A DNA stretch of 51,906 nt, counting the filler, from Thelocarpon superellum (taxonomy: Eukaryota), in the NCBI GenBank assembly GCA_026025795.1. It is 2 parts of 2 records of this genome, joined end to end, with 100 filler letters (N's around TTAATTAATTAA, not from the genome) between each part and the next. Parts side by side here need not be neighbours in the genome. Positions count along the whole stretch, not along the records: positions 1 to 25,939 come from JAPEUG010000261.1; 1 more part is not named here. One strand, given 5' to 3'. The notes beneath the pieces are model-generated. The model made no database searches, was not told where the DNA came from, and worked only from the letters and a program-made list of their open reading frames with translations. Positions within the stretch are counted from its first letter, which is position 1, and the number at the start of each line of letters is the position of its first letter. The translations under genes and the position numbers were made by a program. Positions 11,847-22,893 of this stretch are shown here, piece by piece.

Positions 11847-14800
11847 TCATCGTACGTGGGACCGCACATAGAACAACAGATAAGCCGCCTCGCTGGCGAC
11901 CCGTCGAGGATCGAAATTGGACGCGACCTTGTCGTTAAACTCCATCCAGTGCCCGCGTGTGTCCTCGCGTATCAACGCCTTGTAGTGTCCGCCTGTGAGC
12001 GTGCCGAAGTGCTGTACCACTGCATACGCGTCATATTCAAAAGGCGGCGAGCACTCGGGCAGCGGCGCGACTATCTCCGGACCAAACTTGCCTCGGGCAG
12101 TCTGCTCGTCCGCCGTGCCCATGGGTGGGAGGGTGTAGGGCCGCAGGTCGAGCCGGGTCAGAGGGAAGTCGATGAAGGCGTTGTTCTTGTCCGTAAAGCC
12201 GCGCCGGACGGAGCGGAAGCGCTTGAGCTGCAGCACCAGGATCTGAGGAGCGCGCGTGATGGTGATGCGCTTGCTGGCTTCGCGTGGCACCTTGCAATCG
12301 GGGCAGGTCCAACGATCCTCGGCGCTCAGCCGCTCTTCCTTCGTGTAGTTCTTCAAACAGTCGTAGATGTGCGCCCGGCCCTTCTTGGGGATCTCGAGCG
12401 AGATGGAGTTGAAGGTCTCGTAGGACGTGGACTGGAAGCCACATACCGGGCACCGGAGTCGACTCATGTGTTGCCCACTGAAAAGACTCGAGATCCACGA
12501 GAAGTTGGTCTGCGACCATCGATTCCATTCGATGCGGGACGCCACCTGCGGCGGGACGGCCTCCCTTTTCCGCTCCTCCGCCTCGGTCAGATTGGGCGGC
12601 CGTGGCCGGGCAAAGTTGACGTTGAGATCTTCATGCAAGGCATCGAGCAGGAAGACGAAGAAGTCGTTGGCGTCATGTTGCACGTTGGCGTTTTCAAAGT
12701 CCTTGTTAAGGCGCGAAACGAACTCCTAGATGGGGGTCAGCGGGCTCACATTTCTTGATCCTCGGAGCGCAACTCGAGCGCGACATACCCGGAACGTTTT
12801 GGGTGCGATATAGGTATACTCGCCGTGCCAGAGGTGCCACATCAGGCTGTGATAGACCTTGGGGAGGACCCCGTTGGAACCCCATTTATTCCGTTGGACC
12901 GCTCGCTGGTAGCCGCCATCAAGAAAGTATCTCGTCAAGGGCGCAGTGGCGCTCAAGCATTGGATGACGGCATTCATGTAGCAGGTCGCCCCGAAGTTGG
13001 TCAGTCCTGTGCGACTGATCTGCGCCGAATGACGCGCCGAGATGGCCTCGGCACCCGGAACCGCCGGGGCTGAGGTAGGCGGATACGCTTGTGCGCGTGC
13101 AGGGTAGGAGATCTTCTCCGACACACCGCCGTAGCTCTTTCGCGGGACCGACGGCGGAGGGCGGGAGGGGGTCTTTGGTACGAGCGAGCTGGGCTCGTAA
13201 GGAACATCCGGTGGTGGGTGGATCGGCTGCGGTGGGGACTGGATGCCAGTGAAGTTGTGGAAGGGATGGTCGATGATGGTGCTGGTGGTGCCGCGCGTCG
13301 ATGGCGGCGATACCATGGATTCCCTCACATCGGATGCCTCTGGGTAGCGGCGCAGGAAGTCGTCGTACGTCCGCACGAAGGACGCCTCGGCCTCGGCCTC
13401 GGCCTCGTCCGTGGCGGATGACGCCTGCCCCCGAAGGGGATGCGTGCGGGAGAGCACATCCGACCCGACGCGTGACACGCCCGGGCGTGATCGCACTCCA
13501 CCGTCACCCCGTACTCGCTCCAGCCAGGCGTTTTCTTCCTCCACATTGAGCGGCTCATGTTCGCGAAGTCGCCGCCGTGCCTCTAATCGCGGCGTAGTGC
13601 TCGCCTTCCCCATTCGCCCCAGCGGTCGACCGGATCGCTTGACCGTCGAGGGACTCTGTCGCCCATTGAGGCCAGCGGTGTCTGACGTCTGTAGCGCCTG
13701 TTCGCCCACCAGGTCCACCCATGCATCAAGGCCGCCAATGAGCGTGACGGGAGGCCGGCATAACGGCCGATCGTAGTTGAACTCCACGAGCGCCTGTCGG
13801 AGGCTGGGCAGGGTGGATCCGGTGGCGTTTTGGTCGTAATAGACGACCAAATCGAACTCATGACGCCACTCGAACAAGATCTGCTCGCTTTCAGGTGACA
13901 GCACGAGGCTTTCCCGCAGCTCGTCGGCTGAGATATCAGGCCGCAAGGCAATGGGCTCGATGCAGATGATGGATTGGGCGAAAATGTGGCCTTCATCAAA
14001 TTGCGGCCGCAGACGCACGTCTATGAACAGAATACTGAGCTGGTCCGAACCGCGCTTGAGGTATTCATGGAGATCATGCACCGTGATAGCGGATGCTTGC
14101 GGCAGGTGCACGTCGGAATGCCGCTGAGATGGCGGCCCCGTGGTCCGATCCGACGAGTAGGACTGTGGCCCGGTGCCCGCCGTGGGCATGGAGCTGGGTC
14201 GTCCACTTGCCCCGGCGATGCTGCGTGCTGTCGTTCGAGGTGGGTCTATGCTCGCCGGACCGGGAAGGTTACGTGCAGGGCTGTACGTCGGACTGGGCTG
14301 TCTCGGCATGGATGCGAGTAGATTTGGGGCGGGTAGCGGGAGCTTCGGCGGGTGCGGTGGCCCCGTTGGCGAGGGTGGCGGCATGTTTCGAGGACCAGCT
14401 GGTCGATTGGCCAAGCTCATGGTCGTGGGCGCGGAGACCACGGGGGTCAAGTGCGGCAGCGACGTGACGGATGAAGCAGGCGTGTCGTCAGACCACGGCC
14501 GGCCATCCGTCGAGAGAGCCTTGTGACGGCCCGAGCTGGATGAGCCTGGTCGACTGTGCGAGGGCTCCAGACGCCCATCGGGATTCGGCTGCGGCGTCGG
14601 GCTCCTTGGAATGTCCAATGTTCGTAATCTCGCAAATCGCTCCGCTAGGGGGTCCGCCGGGCCGGGGGGCACGGGATGGTTGGGAACTCCATTGATCTGC
14701 AGGGTTCGACCGTGGAGATTGTCAGGCTTGCGATGAATAGGCGGTCTTTCATGGGACGCCTGCAAGCGTGATGTGTGTTCTTGGCCGTAGGAAGGGGGTG

Positions 14801-15482
14801 CCTCGGACGGGTGGTGCTGGGCAGAGTCGTCGGATAGGGACACGCCCGGCGTCGGTGAGGCCAATGCCTCCCTGACGGGGCGAGGGGTTGGCGACAGCGA
14901 TCTCGCCTGGTCTCGAGAAAAGGTTGGCCGGACGCCACTGCGTAGATTATCATCCTTGATCATCTCCCGCACGGCACCGAACTTGTCGTGCTGGGCATTT
15001 ATCCGCTTCTGGAGGGCCTTGTTCAAGTTCCAGAGCTCGCCATGGGAGGTACTCAGTGAAGGAAAGTCCTTGTGTCGGGGAACCAGCTCGACGACGATGG
15101 TAGATGCAGTCAAGAATTCGGTATAGGCCAGGTCTGGCCGTCGGAAGTCGAGGTGGGTGTCAGCTTGCTTTGCACAGATATCGGCCTTGTGCAACAGCGC
15201 TCTCATCTGAGCGGCCGGGTTAGCGCAGTTTCTGATGGTCTATTCGGAGTAAGCCTCTCCCACCGGGGCATGAAGATCAAGATCCGGGGTCGATCTTGCC
15301 ACCAGGTCGTCGAGATGAGGATACCGCTTGGCCGTTCGGCCCGGCCCGCCTGGTGACACTGAGCCGCCCCAATATGTCTGTCCTCGCGTGGCCGCGGCAT
15401 TGTTTCCTGCTGTGGCATGCCCGCTTATCATCGAGTGGGTGGGCGGGTTCGTTGGTGGACCGGCAGGGGACGAGACACTCAT
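11847..15482 (-). CDS. DOA4: Ubiquitin carboxyl-terminal hydrolase Doa4/Ubp4-like (USP8 family; rhodanese + USP domain), 3 exons
   Basis: Exons 15482-15264, 15206-12789 and 12725-11847 with GT-AG introns. Rhodanese-like 'ILFIDVRLRPQFDEGHIFAQSIICIEP'; Cys box 'TGLTNFGATCYMNAVIQCL'; 'QHDANDFFVFLLDALHEDLN'; Zn ribbon CPVC...CPDC; His box 'YAVVQHFGTLTGGHYKA'; 'AYLLFY'. Confidence 0.92.
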
Positions 15483-16394
15483 GTTGGCGCGCGTTCCTCA
15501 GCGGTCGAGCGACGAGGACATAGCGAACCCAGCAGTCTCCGGAGCATCTAGGACGAGCTCCCCAAGCTGAGACTGTCTGTACCTGAGTCGAGGGGTGCGA
15601 GACGAGTAAGTTGTGCTCGCAGCGCATAGAAGGGGTGAGGCGATCGGATTAGATGAAGGCGTTTCGTTGTCCCTCAACGATCATCGGATCTATGCGGAGA
15701 GAGCATATGGTACGATGAGATAAACTATGACGTGTCGGGGACTTGGTGGTCACGACTGTCTACATTCTGCAGCGACTTACGAGCGTCTGGTCGGCCGTAG
15801 AGCTCAAAGTCTTTACATTGATGTTTCACGCAAGTAGTGTGATCATCCGGTCCTGACCAGGGCCAACTGATTGTCCCTGTGCTGGCCTGTACCAGGCGTT
15901 ACGGGTAAGTGGTAACTTGTCATGCGCAACGTGCATCTCTCCCGTCGCCCAATCGTAGCGCGTGCTGGGACGGCCATCTATCGAATAGGCGCGACACCCC
16001 AAGACGCCACGGACCGGATTCTTAGGTAAGAAACCTGCACCCAAGAAGCTTCAAAGACGGCCCGAGAGCTCGCATGACTCTAGCCGGCGCCCCTCAGTGA
16101 GCAGTCGTCCTCTGCTTCGGTTAGCAGCACACACGTCTTCCAATCGCCGCAAAGCCACACACAGACCACGGCGACGTTACGGTGGTCGGGCCAGTGCGCC
16201 AGCGCAGTTACTCTTCCGGGTGACCAGCTCATCGAGTCCACAAGAGCAGCTGCAACAGGAACAGCTTCCTCAACCCCTTGATCCACGGCTTCGTCCCTCA
16301 ACTGGCTGGGAAAGGTCTTGTAGGAGCCTTGGACATCATCGTGTGCTTCCCACGGCAGCTCATATACCGTCCGCACGGGCGGTGACCATCCTCC

Positions 16395-18956
16395 ATGATG
16401 GCCGGATGGTTCGCCTCCAACTCGGCGCTGGACGAGCAGATCGAGCGCGCCACCTCGTCGAGTCTGTAGGTGGATCCGAGCGACCATGTAAATGCGCGGC
16501 ACGTTGAGACTGATGGCCTGCGCAGGGAGGATATCGCTCTTAGCTTGGAAATCTCCGATGTCATTCGATCGAAGAGCGTCCAGCCCAAGGAGGCGATGAG
16601 GTCGCTCAAACGCCGATTAGGCAACAAGAATCCCAATGTCCAGCTCGCCGCGCTGAAGGTATCCCCCCCATCCTAACATGATATCCCACCCTTAGTGTGG
16701 TTGCTCTTGTTGCTGATCACCCATCTAGCTGACGGACACCTGTGTTAAGAATGGCGGATCGCATTTCTTGGCTGAGATTGCCTCAAGAGAGTTCATGGAC
16801 AATCTCGTCTCCCTGCTGAAGGCCTACGGAGGGGCAGCAGTCAATGACGACGTCAAGAACAAGATCCTAGAGCTTGTCCAGACCTGGGCCACGGCGACCG
16901 AGGGCCGACCGGACCTCTCATACGTCGGCGAAACATACCGAGAGCTACAACGCGACGGCTTCCGCTTCCCCCCCAAGGTCGAGATATTGAGCAGCATGTT
17001 GGACAGTAGTGCCGTGAGTTCCCACCTAGCATCGAGAGGTGACAAATGGCCGGCAACATACTGATCCGATGCGGACCACTAGCCGCCAGAATGGACGGAC
17101 TCAGATGTGTGCATGCGATGCCGGAATGCCTTCAGCTTCACGAACCGCAAACATCACTGCCGCAACTGCGGCAACGTCTTCTGCGGCTCCTGTTCCAGCA
17201 AGACCATCCCCCTACCACATCTGGGTATCGTGCAACCGGTCCGCGTCGATGACGGCTGCTATGCCCGGCTGATGGACAAGTCCCGCACGGGTTCCGCGCC
17301 CCTCGAGCGGCCCAGCAATCGCTCCTACTCCACCCCCCGGTCACGTCCCATCTCGTCCATGCAACCGCGCGACGCTCGAATAGATGACGGCTTTGACGAG
17401 GACCTGAAGAAGGCGCTAGAGATGAGTCTCGACGAGGTCCGGGGTCACTCGGGCGCGGGCTATGTGCCGCAGTCCCAGCTACCGTCCCACCGTGTGCAAC
17501 CGAGCAATCCGGCGCCGTCCAAGTCGCCGATGCCCAAGGTCGAGGAAGAGGAAGAGGACAGCGAGCTGAAGGCCGCCATCGCTGCCTCACTGGCCGACAT
17601 GGAGGAGCAAAAGAAGAAGCATGCGGCGACGCTGAAGCAACAGGCGAGCAAGAATTCAGGGCCCTCATCCAAGATCATGCCCAAAAACGATTATGCCTTG
17701 ACCCCAGTCGAGGCCGAGAACATCAATCTCTTCTCGACCCTGGTCGAACGACTGCAGAATCAGCCTCCAGGCACAATTCTGCGAGAGCCGCAGATCCAAG
17801 AGCTCTACGAGAGCATCGGCGCGCTGCGGCCCAAGCTTGCACGGACCTACGGCGAGACGATGAGCAAACATGGTCGGTGTCAGTCGATGGAGTGAGAATC
17901 GATGTGATGTTGACTTTGTCAGATACCCTACTCGATTTGCACGCGAAACTTTCAACCGTCGTGCGATACTACGACCGGATGCTGGAAGAGCGACTCACCA
18001 ATACCTACAGTCAGCAGAGTCTCGGTGGCTATGTCAACACCAATCGAGCCAGGCCGACATCGTCCAGCATGTACCCATCCTTGCCTTCCGCCACACCGCA
18101 AGGTCCGGGCGGGGCCGAAAGCTTCTACACCGGTAACAATGCGACGGTCGGGCCGGACGCTTACGGCCCTTCCGGCCCTGTCCCCTACTCCGAGTACCCA
18201 CCCGTGAGCCAGGACTTCCGGGAACGACCTTCTGCCGCGATGCCGTATGGCCCACCACCCCGACGTGAACCTCAACCTGCACCATATTATGGCCATGTCC
18301 CTCCGCAAGATACCGACGCTCCTCCTGCGCAAGTGTCGCCCATACAATCTCATCGTGCGAGCTATTCCGCCGAGTACCGGGCGCCATCGCAACCACCAGT
18401 ACAAGCTCCCGCCGGCCCACCACAAGCGCCCTCGCAGCCGTCCATGGCCTCGCCGCCCGTCGACGCGGCTGCGGCATACTATTATGACAACGCGATCAAG
18501 CCGCTCCCAACCTCCTCTCCGCCGGCGCAGCCTAGCCAGCCAGATGCACAGGGCGCGCGACATCTCCCACTGCAGCAATCTCCGCAGCAGTATCACCATG
18601 CCCCGCCCGTTCAACAGCAAGTTCCCCCTTCTCACCAGCAACAAGCGCCACCCCCAGCGCAGGCGATCCCGCAGTATCAGGTAGCACCCCCCGCACCGGC
18701 GCCAGTGGCCGCGCAAGCCGCTCCTCCCCCACAACAGCCTCAATACTGGGCCCCTGTACAGTCTGCCCCGGCTCAAGCGCATGCACCTCCGGCCCGTCAA
18801 GCCATGCCACTGCCCGCACAGCCATCATATGCACAACCTACGTACGCGGGTTACACGCCGGACTCCTTCCCCAGCGCACCGCATCATCAACCACAGATAG
18901 CGGCAGTGCCGCTGCCGACGCCGCAGCCAGTAGAGGAGAGTCTCATTGATCTTTGA
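16395..18956 (+). CDS. VPS27: Vacuolar protein sorting-associated protein 27 (ESCRT-0; VHS-FYVE-UIM-UIM-GAT), multi-exon
   Basis: Starts [27 protein letters not shown] '[33 protein letters not shown]'; FYVE '[25 protein letters not shown]'; UIMs '[12 protein letters not shown]' and '[12 protein letters not shown]'; PSAP motif; C-terminal clathrin box 'SLIDL'. Confidence 0.95.
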
Positions 18957-19245
18957 GCATCGCCTTCTGTACATGCGTCGGTGTGGGCGGGCGTGGGTGA
19001 GGTCGGTGTGGGGCCGTTAAGAAAAGGCCGTTGTATGTACGCGTGCTTGTGTGGATATGTACAGGTCATTACTAGCATCGTTGTCATATTCTTTTCTTCT
19101 AGCATTCTCCGGTGTTTTTACCGGGCGGGTCGTGTAGTATATTCAATGACTAGGGTAGAAGTAGGAGGTATCAGGGACGCCATGCACTATCTGATCCATG
19201 CGAGAACGATCTGCCACCCCATCCTCATGAGCTATCAAATCCATG

Positions 19246-21118
19246 CTACCGCTGAGTTCTTCTCCGCTCTTGTTGCTGCTGCTGCTGCGGGCCCTGGTCT
19301 TGCGGCTGTGGCTGGGACTGCGCTGATGCCTGTCCCTGTCCCTGTCCCTGTCCCTGCTGTTGATTCTGCTGTTGTTCCTGCTGTCCCTGAGCTTGGCCCT
19401 GAGCTTGGCCCTGCGCCTGACCCTGTGCTTGCCCCTGAGCTTGCCCCTGTGCCAGCGCTAGTGCCTTGATCTGCTCGGCCTGCTCCTTCTCCGCCTGTTC
19501 CTTCTCGGCCTGCGCCTTGGCCTTGGCGTGGGCCGCCTCTTCCCGGGACACGGCGGCCACTACTTCAGTGATCAAGCGACGACACTCCTGGGTGGAGGCC
19601 TCTATCTTCTCGTCCTCGTGCGGCACAGACATGAGCAACGCGCGCAGCTGGTCCGTCTCGGCATTTAGCTCGCTCGTGAAGGAGGCCGCGCGCGCATCGC
19701 TCGATACTCGCTCCGCGTCCAAAATCGCCTTGTGCCCTTCTTTCAACATCGTGCGTCGTGCTTCGTTGGTGAGCTTTTGGAGGTGCTCTTCTGTCTGGTG
19801 TTTTGGGACTGGGGTCAGCATTGTGAGAATGGGGTGGGTTGTGTGAATGAGTGTACCTCTCTCAGATCGTCCATTGCGCGGGAGATGGCTTTTTCATCGA
19901 GGGTCTCGTCGCAGGTGGTGCGGAGGTGCTCGAGCTTCGTCTCCATCTCCTGCGTTTCGTCATCGCTCAGTCGGCCATGCACGCGTTTCGATTGCGCCTC
20001 CACGGTCTCGATGAGCTGCAGCGCGTCTTCGATCTTGTCTGACAAGATCTTCCGGTGGCTGTCGAGCTCGGCGTGCTTCATGATCCAGAAGTCGGCGATC
20101 TCGCCCGGGTAGGAGGTCTGTACGAGATCCAGCTCCCACTCCGGCAGGTGGTCCTGCGCTACATTAGACCAGTAGATGGCCCGGTCTTGCTTGTTGCCTT
20201 GCCCGGCAAAGTGCACCAACATGTCGCCGCGTCGGACTTGGTAGGGACTGATAGTCTCGTTCAGGAAGCCCGAGTCATAGGCATTGAACCAGCGCTGCGG
20301 ATACTGCATCGCGTTCCGCTTGAATCGGTCTTCGTTGAGGAGCTCCGACATGGCTGTCTGCTCAGCAAAAGCCAACTGCTGTTTGGGGCGGTAGGTACGA
20401 AAGGCCAGGACGGCGGACATCATCTCGATCGACCACCAGTTGACACGGATGAAAAATACGCCGGCATTCAGTCCGTTCCAGTCTTTGGCGTATAGGAGAT
20501 GGATGTGGTCAAAGTCTGAGGGCGGAAAGAAGACGTTCAAGGGGATTTTGGGATTGACAATCACGGTGTCGGCATCATACCAGCTGAATCTGGTCAGCGG
20601 TGGGCACCGGGTAGTGGGGGGCTCACGTACAATAGCCACTGCAGGCGTCGCTCCTCGGGTTTCTTCATCTCGTCCATCAATAGCCCGAGCAAGTACGCCG
20701 GCTTATTCCAGATCCCATCCACAATCTCTTCCCGGAGCACGAAGTACGCGTAATCATGTTTCTGCGCATGATACCGATGCGACTCGAGGGCCTTTTCGTA
20801 CGCGGCGTTGGTCTTGCCATAGAGCACAGTCACCTTGCCCGCGGAGGGACGTAGAGGGGGGGGTAGGGTGTTCGAAGGTTCAGCCGCGAGTGGAGCAGAT
20901 GTCGACGCCGACGCCGAGCTTATCGCCAGCGACGAGACTCCATCGGCGGATGACTCGGCATCCGACAGACCAAAGGTCCATTCGGCCACGGAGGAACCCA
21001 GTGCCAACGTGTGACGGTAATGTTCGGACGAAGTTCGACGGAATAATGAATAGGCGATGAGGGAGCATGCCAGAAGCACGCAGACCCCGCGAAACAGTAG
21101 AGAGCGATATGAAGCCAT
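19246..21118 (-). CDS. Glycosyltransferase family 34 (Gma12/Mnn10-like) with coiled-coil and Gln/Gly-rich C-terminal tail, 3 exons
   Basis: Type II N-terminal TM anchor (GVCVLLACSLIAYSLF); 'YEKALESHRYHAQKHDY', 'GIWNKPAYLL'. Splicing intron 20630-20584 gives 'QWLFWYDADTVIVNP' (DxD). Then 'DWNGLNAGVFFIR', 'FAEQTAM', 'PQRWFNAY', 'GDMLVHFAG'. A second intron near 19856-19797 leads to the QG-repeat tail. Confidence 0.88.
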
Positions 21119-22893
21119 GGATGACTACCATAAGGCCGTGCGAGGCCCAGCGCACGAATTTGGAGACGATGAAGAACGGCCCGACATGGGCGTTGAGGTG
21201 CGAGGGGGAGGTCCGAACGACGACGTATGTCTTCCGGCACTGACTGGACAGCGTCTGCATAGCAAAAGATCGGTAACACTACGGTGTAGACATGGAGCCA
21301 TGTCTACGGTCACCTACTATTCGCCCAGCCCTTGTCAGGGACAAGGCGAAGGCGAGGGCGTGGGCGAGGGCGGGGGCGAGGGCGATGCGCGCGGCGTACT
21401 CCGTACGAAACGAGGACCCCTCTCGCTCCGAGACCGCCGGATGTGCATGGCACCTTGGCTTGGGGTGGGAAAAAAATGGGACCGGTCGGGCACACCGTCT
21501 GGGGAGCGCAGGGCAAGCATGACGACACTGGACCAGATGGTGATTCTACGGTGGCATCGCCCCGACCACCGAGGAGCCCGACTGTTCGAAAAGTCCACGG
21601 AATGTGCTCTAGTCAGATATGCAGGGAGGTCGTCGTACCTAGCCCCTCCCTTCGTACCCCTACGAGGACGAGTACCGAGGGTGACGCCGCTCCACCTTGT
21701 ACCTTGCCAGAAGCCAGGGCGGGTACAAGTAGCTCTCGTTGCCCACCAAGCAGACTTCCTGTCGTCGCACGGACTTCTTGGCCGCCGTGCTGCCGACACA
21801 TTATCTCTGGTCGACGCTGGTGGCTGGAATGCCCCTGACGGGACCCTAAATTCCACTGGTCTCAAGCAACGAATCGCCACCGACCACGGTACTACCGCTC
21901 GCACCGTGTGGGGCGGCACTCTGTGCTCGTACGAGGATGCCTTTCTCGTACCAGGCGTCAACAGATGAGGCCGTGCTCGGTATATGGTCACCGATCCGAT
22001 CTGGCTGTGGGCAGCGCTGACGCTCCTTCCGATCGGTTGGTGCGATGGGGTGCGGGCAGCGGTGGTGCAAGGACCTGATCTTGGCCATGGCTGCATCACT
22101 GGCGTCTCGCTTCTTGCCGGGACCAGCGCCGGCTTAGGCAGGTCCCTCACCGAGCCTACAGTAGTGAGCAGCAGCTTACCAGCAAACATCAGTAGGGCTG
22201 CTCCCCTCCCCCAGGCACCGAGCAGTTAGCGACGTGCCAAGCCCCGCGCCAGTGCAAGCTTCGCCGACGAGGACGCGTAGAGTAGACAGGCCGACCGGGG
22301 AGCGCGCGTTCCCGAAGGTTGGGATTTGACGACGGGTAAACTGGCCGGAGAAATTATCCATCTTCGCTACCAGACTCGTTGGCGTGCGGCTTGCGATCTG
22401 CTCGCGGCTTCGGTCTCTGCGGCTGGATGCGGGAACTATGTTACCCCCATCCTCTCCACCTTGCTGGCTTCTCCACCGTCCCTGACTCGATTGGTTTGGT
22501 CCAAGATCACATCGCAATCATCATCGGCCCTTTGTGCCACCACATTCACACATCTGGTTGAGCGGCGGCCCCAGACACCATTACGGTCGCGCCACGACTA
22601 AGGGGGAGCAAGGGCAGGCGTCGCGTCAGCCCCGAGATGAACCCTCTCGCAGGGGGCCGGAATGTAAGTCGAGCTGCTGAGATTGACCCACCACCTCCGC
22701 CACATCGTCGTGGCCGTCCGCCCTCCCATCGAGTCAGGCTGATGAAGCGGCCCTGCGCACAGCTCAGCTCCGGTCTTGCTGACCCATCGCCCTTTCCCAC
22801 GCGCCGCGCGCCCTAGCACTTCTTTTCCCTCGACATTCCCCCGGAGCTGCCCCATCCCCGCCGCTCATCCCCGGATCCTTTCCCCGCTCCACC

